From positions 95,581,929 through 95,621,656 of the forward strand of contig NC_057718.1 in assembly GCF_004010195.1 (NCBI RefSeq): 39,728 nucleotides of DNA. The letters run 5' to 3'. The stretch's first letter is position 1. The number at the start of each line of letters is the position of its first letter. Below, piece after piece: positions 11,490 through 22,846 of this stretch. The notes under the pieces are model-generated. The model did no database searches. It was given only the letters and a program-made list of their open reading frames with translations, and was not told where the DNA came from. Source of the DNA: Chiloscyllium plagiosum. Taxonomy: Eukaryota. Made by a program: the position numbers and the translations under genes.

Positions 11490-13432
11490 GATTTTGAAAC
11501 ACTGGAAAATGGTGCTCGAGTAGTGGTGATGGGGAATAAATAAATAGCGCAGGAACTGAATATGCACTTTGCATAGTTTTCACAGTGGAAGACACCAGCA
11601 ACATACCAGTACAGAGGGCAGAGGTGAGTGTAGTGACCATCAGTAAGGAGAAGGTGCTGGGAGGCTTCAAGGTCTGAAGTTGGATAAATCACCCAGACCA
11701 GATGGTCTGCACCCCAGAGTTTCAAATCATAGAATCCTTACTGTGTGGAAGCAGCACATTTGGCCCATGCAGTCCACTCTGAACTTCTGAAGAGAATCCC
11801 ACCCAGACCACTCCCTAACCCTATTCCCCCATAACTCAACATTTCGCAAAGTCAATCCACCTAGCTTGCATATCCCTGAACACTATGGGTAATTTCCCAT
11901 GACAATCCACCTAACCTGCACATCTGTGGATAGTGGGAGGAAACCGGAGCACCCGGAGGAAACCCACACAGACACTGGGAGAATGTGCAAACTCCACACA
12001 GACAGTCGCCTGAGGGTAGAATTTAACCCAGGTTCCTGGTGCTGTGAGGCAGCAGTGCTAACCACTGAGCCGCCATGCCACCCCAAGGTGATAGTTCGAA
12101 AGGAGATAGCAGAGGAAAATACAGAAGTATTGGTGGTGATCTTTCAGGAATCACTAGAGTTAGGAAGAGTCCTAGAGGACTCAGGTTGGCCTGACCCTCA
12201 TCATTGGTAAGATTTGGAATCTGTTATTAAGGATGAGATTGTGGAGTACTTGTGAGCACATGGTAAAATAGGGCTGTGTTAGCATGACTTCATCAAGGGG
12301 AGGGCTGACAAATCTGTTAGAATTCGTTGAGGTCGTAATGAGAAAGTTAGACAAAGAGTCAGTGGACAAGTTATGTTTGGATCTCCAGAAAACCTTTGAC
12401 AAGGCACTGCACAGAAGACTGCTAAGTAAGATAAAAGCCTGTGGTATTAAGGGTCAAGATACTGTCATGGATAGAGGATTTGCTGACCTGGAGAAGGCAG
12501 AGTGTGGCGTTAAAGGGGCATGGCAGCCAACAGCTAGTGGATTTCTACAGAGATCACTGTTGAGACTGCAAGTATTCAGGTCATACATTAGCAATCTGGA
12601 AGAAGGAACTGAAGTTTGCAGATGACACAAAGACAGGTGGAGGCCCAGGTAATGTTGAGGAGGTGAGGCTGCAGAAGGACTTGGACAGGGAGGAGAGTGG
12701 GCAAAGGAGTGGCAGATGGAATACAATGTGAGGTTATGCACTTTGGCAGGAATCATAGAGGTGTAGATTATTTTATAATCGGGAAAGACTTTGGACATCT
12801 GAAGCATAAAGGGACTTGGGAGTCCTTAAGGATTCTCTTAAGGTTAACATGCAGGTTCAGTTGGCAGTTAGGAAGGCAAATGTAATTTTAGCATTCGTCT
12901 CAACACTAAGAAGGTACTGCTAAAGCTATAGAAGGCTCTGTTAGACTGTATTTGGAATATTATGACCAATTTTGGACCCGCATCGAAGGAAGCAAATGCT
13001 GGTGGTTTTTCTTATAAGGAGTGGTTGAGGACTCTGGGTCTGTACTTGGAGTTTTGAAGAATAATGGAGGATCTGATTGAAACTTAACAGAATACTGAGA
13101 GGTCTGGATAGAGTGGATGTGGAGAAGCTGTTTCCAATAGTAGCAGAGACTAGAACCTGAGGGTTCAGCCTCAAGGGTGAAGGGACAACCCTTTTGAACT
13201 GAGATGGGGAGGAATGTCTTCAGCCAGAGGGTGGTGAATCTGTGGAACTCATTGCCACAGAAGGTTGTGGAGGCCAAGTCATTGAGTGTATTTAAGACAG
13301 AGCTTCTTGATTAGTAAGGGATCAAAGATTATGGGGTGAAAGCAGGAGAATGGAGATGAGAAATATGTCAGCCATGGGTGAATGGTAGAGCAGACTCGAT
13401 GGGTTAAATGACCAAATTCTGCTTCGATGTCT
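11490..13432 (+). mobile_element. CR1-clade LINE ORF2 fragment (RT to 3' tail), decayed, interrupted by a SINE
   Basis: Remnants LTNLLEFVE...LDLQKTFDK..HRRLLSKIKACGIKG (ORF 12284..12625), FADDTK at about 12615, and CR1 3' region to about 13432. Confidence 0.88.
11726..12084 (-). mobile_element. tRNA-derived V-SINE (HE1-like) nested in a CR1
   Basis: Same A/B boxes and V-domain as 4226-4547; CR1 sequence resumes on both sides. Confidence 0.9.
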
Positions 13433-13519
13433 CTCCTCAGGTGCTGAATCTACCTTGGGTATTTGTCTCCTACGCTCAATTCTGTTATTATCGAACATAC
13501 CTCCCATTTTCCCAAAGTA

Positions 13520-13700
13520 CGGCAGGGACAGGCCACTATAAATGCCGGAGGAAACACTACAGAAGCGCTTCACAGGAGGCTCCCAAGCACTGAGGATGTC
13601 ACCTAGACAGGGGACGAAACGTTTGCAACAAAAACTTCCAGCTCGGCGAACAGAACCACAGCAACGAGCACCCGAGCTACAAATCTTCTCACAAACTTTA
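13520..13700 (+). mobile_element. Solo 3' end of the same Penelope-like family as 10957-11474
   Basis: Nearly identical to 11332-11474 and extends about 40 nt further (GCAACGAGCACCCGAGCTACAAATCTTCTCACAAACTT). Confidence 0.88.
13587..13626 (+). ncRNA. Minimal type I hammerhead ribozyme motif, intact core
   Basis: GCA-CTGAGGA-T-GTCACCTAGACAGGGGAC-GAAA-CGTT-TGC, same fold as 11399-11439. Confidence 0.75.
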
Positions 13701-13928
13701 TTTCTTTATGTCCTACTTAAATCCAAGGTCTGCAAATGTGTAACTTTTACACTCTACCATGATTACTGCAATGTTTAACTTTTAACCATTCTTTCTTTCT
13801 ACCTTGTTAAGATTCTGTACCTAGGTACTTGTATCTAAGATGGCACCTTGTGTGGTGACATAATGCACTTTTCACTGCACTCCTATACTTGAGTACAAGT
13901 GACAATAAAATCAAAATCAAATCAAATA
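13700..13928 (+). mobile_element. Unclassified retroposon 3' end
   Basis: Ends in GTACAAGTGACAATAAA followed by ATCAAA repeats; related to the minus-strand sequence at about 20010-20100. Confidence 0.5.
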
Positions 13929-14774
13929 ATTTGGGAGAAATTGGCATGGGGGAAGTGTCACTTTGCTTTAAAACAGTCAAACATATTAATTTCAGACTTA
14001 TCAACAAAATTAGCCGCCAAGCTAGGATAATTTACAACAGCTCATAATTTCTTTTTAAATACTATTAACAATTCTGTAAATATCATATGAAATATTGAAA
14101 GAGTCACTGAATATGCATTAAATCATATTTGACTGCACAATTTAATGATGGAATACCAAACTGTTCATTTTATCCAACAAAGCTGCCTGATTCTAGCTAC
14201 AGGACAGGTCATTACATGTCTTTGTGCTGATGAGCATTATCAACAGGAATGTGACTGCAATTTTAAGTAAATTCATAACTGGTAAAAGCGAATGTATGAA
14301 ACTGCAAGATACTCTACAGGAAAAATGTGATCACGTAATAACATTGCGACTGAACAGCAGTGTGCAATAAAAGATACCAGCTTACATGCTAGAATCAGTT
14401 CTGAGATTACAACTCACAAACCAAAACAGTTGAACAAGAATTCATGCTTGCAAGCTCCTCACATGTAGAGTTGCCTATCTCATCATTTGATCAGGGAATA
14501 TGTCAGATGAAAGCTAGGTGCCTCCTGATATGAGTGAAGGGATGCTCAACTAAAGAACTGACCCAGGTTAGTACACTTCTCAGAATTTAGCTAAGCAACA
14601 ACAAAACAGTTGGGTTTCAGTAGCAGATAATTTGCTCCACCCCTTTAGATATTGCACAAAGCAGAGGGAGAAAAAGATTCGAAAACCAAAATATGTTTAA
14701 CAGGATAACAATTAAAATTAATTCAGTATGAAATAGAGTGCTTCATTTTTCATTTTGTTGACTTTAATCCTCCC

Positions 14775-15230
14775 TAACATACATGGAGGAACAGGCCATT
14801 TAGCCCCATTTGCCTGTTCCACCATCCTGCAAGATCATGGTTGATCTCATTGTAACTCCAAATCCTACAATCCCGCCTACCCTGATAACATTTCACCTCT
14901 ATCATAACCTGTCACCTCTTTAATACTAACTACCGCCCTCTGAATGAACAATATTCAAGAACTCTGCTTCTATCACATTTTGAGGAAGAGTTCCAAAGAC
15001 TCTCAGGCTCTGAGAAAAACAGATGCCTCATCTTGGATTTAAAAAAAACATGACTTATGATCTTTAAAACAGAGACTTCCTGATTCTAGATTCTCCCATA
15101 AGAAGAAATATCAACTCATCCACCTTGTCAAGATGCCTCAGGATTTTATCTGCTTCACTCAAGTCCCGTCTTACTCTAAATTCCAATGGACCTAGCTTAG
15201 CCTGTCCAGCATTTCCTCATAAGACATCCA
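14775..15230 (-). mobile_element. Old CR1-clade LINE 3' fragment
   Basis: Reverse complement of a CR1 tail (GGAACAGGCCATTTAGCCC...AAGATCATGGTTGATCT) and C-terminal coding remnants. Confidence 0.7.
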
Positions 15231-15777
15231 CAGATGGCAATTACTAAGTGATACAATCAATTCCATTTTACATTCTTTAGTTGATAAATAAGGATATTTT
15301 AGATGTCACCAAGCAATGATGATAGAGGTGGCTGCAAATTATCTGAACCATAATTGGAAGGCTAGCCAAAGGACACAAGGCAAATTGCCATACTGTTACT
15401 TTTTTTCTAAGCTAATTCTGATTTTAGGTTCAGATTATTACTTGTTACTTGCTATTTCAGCTCTGTAACTATAATTATTTTTATCAGTCAATAATGGTCT
15501 GTGCTACATGACTTTATCTAGAAAAATGTCCTGTTGCCTGGAGTTTGCAGACTGCAGCATATTTAAGTAGCTATCTTTCATTTCTTCTCTCAGTTAATGG
15601 TTTCAGAATTGACATTTAGGAAGGCTCGCTGACTATGTGGTGACCTAGTGCTGGGAAAAGCCTGTGTTTTCTTCTGTACAATGTACCTTTAAGGATCAAG
15701 TGAACCAGGGAGCATTTTGAAATTGGCTTTCAGATTATGACATTATTAGGATTCCAAAATCCAAGATGAATGTGAAA

Positions 15778-15865
15778 GCTTCACACAGAAAGTCACCCAA
15801 GGGCTGGAATTGAACCCAGGTCCCTAGCACCGGGAGGCAGCAGTGCTAACCACTATGCTGCCAGA
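15778..15865 (-). mobile_element. V-SINE tRNA head only (truncated)
   Basis: Reverse complement of TAGTGGTTAGCACTGCTGCCTCC...GGGACCTGGGTTCAATTCCAG. Confidence 0.75.
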
Positions 15866-15914
15866 CCCCTAAAGTTAAATCATATATCTTTTTCCAAAGA
15901 AAATAAATCTCAAA

Positions 15915-16280
15915 CAGATATAAGAACATAAGAAATAGGAGCAGGAGTAGGCCATTTGGCCCCTCGAGCCTGCTCCGCCATTTATTAAGGTTACGACTGA
16001 TCTTTTCATGGACTCAGCTCCACTTACCCACCCTCTCACCATCACCCTTAGTTCCTTCATTATTGAAATATCTAGCTTTAACTTAAAAACTTTCAACAAG
16101 GTAATCTCAACTGCTTCACTGGGCAGGGGTCCTCCTCAACTCAGTCCTAAGTCTGCACCCCTTTAGTTTGAAGCTATGCCCCCCAGTTCTAGTTTCACCC
16201 CTCCCCCCAGGTGAAAACAACCTCCCTGCTTCTATCGTATTTATTCCTTTCATAATTTTATATGCTTCTATAAGATAGTC
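15915..16280 (-). mobile_element. CR1-clade LINE 3' fragment
   Basis: ATAAGAAC repeat tail and GGAGCAGGAGTAGGCCATTTGGCCCCTCGAGCCTGCTCCGCCAT, the reverse complement of a CR1 3' end. Confidence 0.85.
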
Positions 16281-16506
16281 CCACAGTACATAGGTACATT
16301 ATCAATTCAATAGTTGTACAGACATGAAAATACAGAGTTAACAAGATGAATGATTCAAATGTTGATTTAATATTTTGGTTGTTTGACAACGTGTGGCAGG
16401 TGGTGGTTTAGTGGCAATGTCAGCAGGCTAACAATCCAGAACTCCCCACATTCACAGGTTCAAAGCCCATCCTAGGAGAAATAAGAATTCAATAAAATCT
16501 AGAATG

Positions 16507-17880
16507 GGGAAATAGATGGTGACACCTTGAAAAATGTCCATATTACAGAGGAGGAAGTGCTGGATGTCTTGAAATGCATAACGGTGGATAAATCTCCAGG
16601 ACCTCTGTGGGAAGCTACAGAAGTGATTGCTGGGCCTCTTGCTGAGATATTTGTATCATCGATAGTCTCAGGTNNNNNNNNNNNNNNNNNNNNNNNNNNN
16701 NNNNNNGACTCTTCCTCATTATGGGCATTTAAGCGGGCTTTGGATAGGCATATGGAGGATAGTGGGCTAGTGTAGGTTAGGTGGGCTTGGATCGGCGCAA
16801 CATCGAGGGCCGAAGGGCCTGTACTGCGCTGTATTCTTCTATGTCTATGTCTATGTCTATGACCAGTGGAGTGCCACAAAGATAGGTGCTGGGTCCTCTA
16901 CTTTTGTCATAATTAGAGGTAATGATTTGGATGCGAGCATAAGAGGTACAGTTAGTAAGTTTGCAGATGACACCAAAATTAGAGATGGGGTGGACAGTGA
17001 AGAAGGTTACCTCAGAATCCAACAGGATCTTGATCAGATGGGCCAATGGGCTGAGAAGTGGAAAATGGAGTTTAATTCAGATAAATGCAAGGTGTTGCAT
17101 TTTCGGAAAGCAAATCTTAGCAGGACTTATACACTTAATGGTAAAGTCCTAGGGAGTGTTGCTGAACAAAGAAACCTTAGAGCTCAGGTTCATTACTCCT
17201 TGAAAGTGGAGTCACAGGTAGATAGGATAGTGAAGACAGCATTTGGTATGCTTTCCTTTATTGGTCAGAGTATTGAGTACAGGAGTTGGGAGGTCATGTT
17301 GCGGATGTACAGGACATTGGTTAGGCCACTGTTGGAACATTGTGTGCAATTCTGGTCTCCTTCGTATCGGAAAGATGTTATGAAACCTGAAAGCGTTCAG
17401 AAAAGATTTACAAGGATGTTTCTAGGGTTGGAAGATTTGAGCTATAAGGAGTGGCGGAACAGGCTGGAGCTGTTTTCCCTGGAGCGTCAGAGGCTGAGGG
17501 TGACCTTATAGAAGTTTACAAAATTATGAGGCGCATGGATAGGATAAATAGACAAAGTCTTTTCCCTGGGGTCGGGGAGTCCAGAACTAGAGGGCATAGG
17601 TTTAGGGTGAGAGGGGACAGATATGAAAGAGACCCAAGGGGCACAGTTTTCACACAGAGGGTGGTACATGTATGGAATGAGTTGCCAGAGGATGTGGTGG
17701 AGGCTGATACAATTGCAACATTTGAAAGGCATTTGGATGGGTGTATGAATAGGAAGGGTTTGGAGGGATATGGGCCGGGTGCTGGCAGGTGGGACTAGAT
17801 TGGGTTGGGATATCCGGTTGGCATGGAGAAATTGGACCGAAGGGTCTGTTTCCATGCTGTACATCTCTGTGACTCTATGA
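16507..17880 (+). mobile_element. Relatively young CR1/HER1-like LINE, 5'-truncated, spanning an assembly gap
   Basis: ORF 16927..17511 SKFADDTKI...WAEKWKMEFNSDKCKVLHF...LVRPLLEHCVQFWSPSYRKD, frameshifted into ORF 17451..17798; full tail. A different CR1 tail ending in (CTATGT)n sits at 16707-16862. Confidence 0.93.
16674..16706. other. Assembly gap (33 N)
   Basis: Run of N inside a CR1 copy. Confidence 1.
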
Positions 17881-18344
17881 ATGAAAAGCTGGTTTAATGG
17901 CAATTGTGTAACCCTTGTTGATTGTTATAAAAATGCATCTGGTTTACTAATATCCTCAAATGTATCTGTCTCCAGACCCACTGATAAAGTGGTTAACTCT
18001 TCACTGCCTTCTGAAAAAGAGACAGTATTCAGATGGGCAATAAAATTGTTTGGCCTGTCAGAGTTATCCACATGAATGAATTCTTCAAAAAAAAAGATAA
18101 CGTTCTCATCGTGCAATTGTTTACACCTTTTATTGAAGTAAGTCTTCAACTCATTGGCTCTAAGCTGAAAACTGCTGGCTGCTGTCACTCAGCATAATTT
18201 CCCAATCATCAGAATCTTTTCTGTCACTCTCTGTACATGATTGACATGTCATACATTGGGGCTGGTCTGAGTTAGTTTCTGTTCCTTCACAACGTAGCTC
18301 CATAAATGGTAGTAGGTTCAAATGACCTAGGCTGAATTTTTAAA

Positions 18345-18520
18345 AATTAATTTGCAGCACGTGAGTGTCCCTGGCTAACCCAGCATTTACTGCCCATCCC
18401 TAGTTGCCCCTGGAGAAGGTGGGGGTGAGCTGCTTTCTCGGACCGCTGCAGTCCATGTGCTGTAGGTTTACCCACAATGCCCTTAGGGAAGGAATTCCAG
18501 GATTTCAACCCAATGACACT
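18345..18520 (-). mobile_element. LINE (CR1/L2 group, second family) 3' end
   Basis: Reverse complement of the tail at 19590-19745. Confidence 0.75.
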
Positions 18521-18764
18521 GATTTTAATGTTGATATCTACCCAGAGTCATAGGTTTCTGCCATGGGTCTTTGCAGGATGATTAGGCCAATTCTCAAACC
18601 TCAATTCTTTGGGTGCATGGCCAAGATATCCCAAGAGGCCGTGGAATCTTGACTGTAGCATTTTCTTCCTTTTCCTTTCTTTTATGCCTTTGGATTCAAT
18701 GCATTTTAAATGATTGACAACAAACCTCTTCCAGTCATTAATGCCAGTGCTTCAAGAGCTTCCG

Positions 18765-18870
18765 AATGCAGGTGCTGACAGGTGGGACTAGATTGGGTTG
18801 GGATACCTTGTTGGCATGGACGGGTTGGGCCGAAGAGTCTGTTTCCATGCTGTACATCTCTATGACTCTA
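18765..18870 (+). mobile_element. CR1/HER1-like 3' tail
   Basis: Same tail as 1-130. Confidence 0.85.
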
Positions 18871-19339
18871 AGAATTGAGCAAATAGGACTTAACGAGTGG
18901 ATGCTTTTCAGCCATTGGTCGCAATGTCATGTTTTTCACAGACAGTTTTGCAAGAGGTTTTCTTGAATGGTTGTGCAGCTAGCTTCAAGAAAGGGATTAC
19001 CATTTGTTCAACAGTCCTCCCATTGAAATGAAGGCGCTGCTAGTGAAATTTCTCCAGTGTTCCTGTGTATCGCTAGTATACAGTCCAGGTATCACAGCAG
19101 TACAAGGGTGTAATCACCATGTACTTGGACTTTTGTTGACTTAAGGATTTCTTTGTTGTCAAACGATTGCCGCTGTAGCTTGTACAAGGTCTGGTATTGG
19201 ATCCTTTTATAGCAAAGGTATACGAAATGCTGAATAGGTTTTAGGGTCTCTTTAACATACATGGAAGGTGGAATATTTTAGAGTGGATCTGGGTGAAACC
19301 CCAATGATATTTGTCTGAAGCCTGGGATAAGTTTCCAAA

Positions 19340-19750
19340 ATGAATTCTCTAAACTGGCATCACATCCACAAGCACCCACACCCTGCACCACTGATGCTCA
19401 GTAGCAGTGTGTGCTATCTACAAGGTGCACTGCAGAAATCCAAAGATCCTAAGACAGCATCTTACAAACCCATGACCACTTCAATCCAGAAGGACAAGGG
19501 CAGCAGACATATGGGAATACCAACAGCTTCAACTTCCCCTCCAAGCCACTCACTTGGAAATATATTGCCATTCCTTCACTGTCGCTGGGTCAAAATCCTG
19601 AAAATCTCTCCCTAAGAGCATTGTGGGCCAACCTGCAGCACATGGACTGCAGCTGTTCAAGAAGGCAGCTCACCACCATCTTCTCAAGGGCAAGTCGGGA
19701 TGGGGAATAAATACTGGCCCAGCCAGTGACACCCACATCTCACAAAATTA
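19340..19750 (+). mobile_element. LINE (CR1/L2 group, second family) 3' fragment
   Basis: Homologous to 28320-28686 (GACAAGGGCAGCAGA...TGGAAATATAT...CAAAATCCTG...AAGGCAGCTCACC...TTCTCAAGGG). Confidence 0.75.
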
Positions 19751-20004
19751 ATAACATTTTAAAAAACGCACACAGCAGTTTCCCTTGCTCACTTTCAAAC
19801 TACAGCGGGAACAGGCTGAGAAATTGTATCACAGCTCAAGCAACTCTACATTTCTTCCCTCATGAAAATAATGGGGCATTCAGAGAGAGTACACACCATT
19901 ATGGTGTATATTCTCTCAGAATGTCCCATTATCTTCATGAGAGGAAAAAACATATATCCTGTCACAGCTTTAGACATCCCTCAGTGACATTTCTCAACCA
20001 CTCC

Positions 20005-20775
20005 TACAGAATTAGATTTATTAATTTATTTAATATCGTCACTTGTACCTAGGTACAGTGAAAATTGGATAATGTCACCACGTTCCGGCGCCAGCTTGGA
20101 TGACAGAATACATTGTATAAATGGTAAAATACTGAATAAACTATATTAAATTGATGATGCTAAAACAAAAACAGCTTCAAATGTTCATCTTTCTCTCTCT
20201 GTAGACTTAACCCTCTCTGTTCCTCCAGCCACCATCATCGGGCATCCCCACCCCGGGGTCCTGGTGATTTGCCCCTTTCCTTTCTGCCACCGGTGCTGTC
20301 ACTTCCACGTCTGCCACCCCTGAACTGGAGACAGTCAATGCTGCGGCGGGACCCACAGCCTCCTCCAACACTGGACACTGACCAATGGATCCTGGCTCCA
20401 AGTTGACCGATGGAGTCCTGGCTCGTTTTCAGATGTCGTGACCCGAGATGGAGTGGGGTTGGAGATACAAGGAGTCCCGGCCTCCAACAGGAGGAGGCTC
20501 CCAGGACCCGCAAAACCATTAAAAAACATTAACGGAGCTGCGGAGCTGGAAAGACAACGATGAAGCCGTGTGGACACCGCAGGGCCTGCTACATGGGCCC
20601 TCGAGTGGCCAAGCCCCACAATCGGGAGTCAAGCATTGCCGACCACTCTGCCATTTTGAATTGACAGACTCGCAGTATGTGTGCAGCATCAAGCAGAGAG
20701 CTAGATAACAGAAGACCAGCACTCCACTTTTCAAACTGGAAGCGGCATGGACAGGCACTGACCGTGACATGTATC
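20005..20775 (-). repeat. Unclassified GC-rich probable retroposon
   Basis: 3' end (20010-20100, minus) resembles 13830-13925; the adjacent 20210-20770 is GC/CpG-rich against an AT-rich background, with no recognisable protein. Confidence 0.4.
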
Positions 20776-21791
20776 TAACAAGAATGGGAGGAATAAATTT
20801 AATTTATTTCCCCTGAAACAGAGGAAGTTCCCTGAGAAAATGTAATGGAGGGTCGTGAACACATCTTAGATGGGAAAAAGCTTTGTTTTTGTTTGGGAAG
20901 TGAGTTAAGTTTGTGCAAACTCAACTGCAGTGGCCAGTGAGAAACATTGGGAGAGAATGCAACAAGGAGAGTGCAGTCAAAACCAAAGGGACATTGGATG
21001 GAAATAATGGTGGCGACAATACAATACATGCACGCTGCAAAACAGCACAAAAGTATGAACCCTGACAGCTTGCACATTCAAATGCAATATGCATCCTAAA
21101 TGGTTCCTGAATTACTTCACTGCATTCCCTGGAATTGAACTTGGGAAATGGACCACCAGATATTTGTCAGACATTCTGAAGTACTAATCAGGTTATTTCA
21201 AGAAAGGTCCAATTGCATTTTTCTGCTGAAAATATGATCTGCCCACAGAAGACAATCCTTGAGAGGACAGGAAGTACAAATCATTAGGAACGATGGTCAC
21301 GCTGTGCTCAATAAGGTTTTGCTAAGCCATTTTTCTATGAACTTTGAACAGATTTTCTGTAGAAGAAATCACTTGTGCAGCAGATTACTCATAAATGTAT
21401 TTCCTTTTGGTGCTGATATTCTGTAATCTATGAAGAGTAAAGCATTTATTGAACTGGAGGGCATTGAAAATTAGCAGAACTGAAGATTGATTTATTGAAT
21501 AATCCATGCAAAGCACAGATTTTTGGAAGAGCATCAATCTTCTATTTGTATGTAAATTAATCACAGCGTAGATGCAATCAGCCAATGATTCATCTAAAGA
21601 ACAACAATTTCCTATATACAAAATAAAGATTATTGCTGCCAATACAATTACAGAACAAAGGAGTTCAAATGTATGTCATTTCCAGTGTAACAGATCACAA
21701 ACTTGAGTATATTCGCTAAATACATTCATGAAAACAGCTTGTTGAAAATAACAGTCAGCACATCTACAGCAGTTGACAAAAGGTCTGTGAA

Positions 21792-22602
21792 GAGAAAGTG
21801 AGGACGACAGATTCTCGAGATCAGAGTCGAGAATGTGGTGCTGGAAAAGCACAGCACGTCAGGCAGCATCCGAGGAGCAGGAGAGTCGTCATTTCGGTTA
21901 TAAGCCTTCATCAGAAATGTGTGTGGGGTGGGGGACAAGGATGGGAAGGGGCTGAGAGATAATTGGGGGAGTGGGGCTGGGGGGAAGGTAGCTAGGAAGG
22001 CGATAAGCAGATGCAGGGGTGCGGTGATGGTGATAGGTCAGAGTGGAGGGTGGAGCGGATAGGTGGAAAGGAAGATAGACAGGGAGGATAGTTCAAGAGG
22101 GTGGTGCCAACTTGGAGGGGAGATAAGGAAACTGGTGAAATTGACATTGATGCTGTGTGGTTGGAAGGTCCCAATATTCCTGCTGTAAGTATGATGCTAT
22201 TTTAGAAGATACTAATAAATCTATTTATGTCGGTAAAAAACGACACGGTGGCACAGTGGTTAGCACTGCTGTCTCACAGCGCCACAGAGCCGGGTTCAAT
22301 TCCCGCCTCAGGCAACTGTCTGTGTGGAGTTTGCACATTCTCCCAGTATCTGTGTGGGTTTCCTCCGGGTGCTCCGGTTTCCTCCCACAGTCCAAAAATG
22401 TGCAGGTTAATTGGTGAATTGGCCATGCTAAATTGCCCGTAGTGTTAGGTGAAGGGGTAAATGTAGGGGAACGGGTCTGGGTGGGTTGCTCTTCAGAGGG
22501 CCGGTGTGGACTTGTTGGGCTGAAGTGCCTGTTCCCACACTAAGTATTCTAATCAAGATGGAAGATGAGGTGTTCTTCCTCCTTGCATCAGGTGGCTAGG
22601 TC
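21792..22602 (-). mobile_element. Penelope-like element (Neptune-type) 3' fragment, interrupted at about 22175-22553
   Basis: Minus strand encodes KEEEHLIFHL | GTFQPHSINVNFTSF (GIY-YIG C-terminal region) across the insertion, then a pyrimidine-rich 3'UTR, a decayed hammerhead (21888-21914) and the tail. Confidence 0.8.
22241..22553 (+). mobile_element. tRNA-derived V-SINE (HE1-like) nested in a PLE
   Basis: A box TGGCACAGTGG, B box GGTTCAATTCC, V-domain and tail. Confidence 0.92.
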
Positions 22603-22708
22603 TGGTAAGACTTTTCTTTAAACTTGGTGAAAAGCTATAAGTTCCAGAAATAGCTAAACAAAAGACTGCAAGTTCAGAGCACCTTGCAGAATAACCCAAC
22701 ATCCTTCC

Positions 22709-22846
22709 ACCACACCAATTCTGATGAAGGACTTATGCCCGAAATGATGATTCTCCTGCTCCTCGGATGCTACCTGACCGACTGTGCTTTTCCAGCACTA
22801 CACGTTTCGACTCAGACTCTCCAGAATCTGTTGTCCTCACTTTCTC
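22709..22846 (+). mobile_element. Penelope-like element tail, inverted duplicate of 21792-21925, decayed hammerhead at 22721-22748
   Basis: CTGATGAAGGACTTATGCCCGAAATGAT...TTTTCCAGCAC...CCTCACTTTCTC. Confidence 0.85.

Larger units (their letters stand above)
16398..18095 (+). mobile_element. Second tRNA-derived SINE family (non-V), split by a CR1 insertion into 16398-16506 and 17879-18095
   Basis: A-box-like GGTTTAGTGG and B-box-like GGTTCAAAGCC; the 3' part ends GATGGGCAATAAA...GGCC plus an A tract, like the LINE tails at about 19700 and 28630. GAATG occurs on both sides of the inserted CR1. Confidence 0.6.

Noticed and set aside
16838..16862. (CTATGT)n microsatellite
   Set aside because: It is the tandem-repeat tail of a CR1 copy, not an independent feature.
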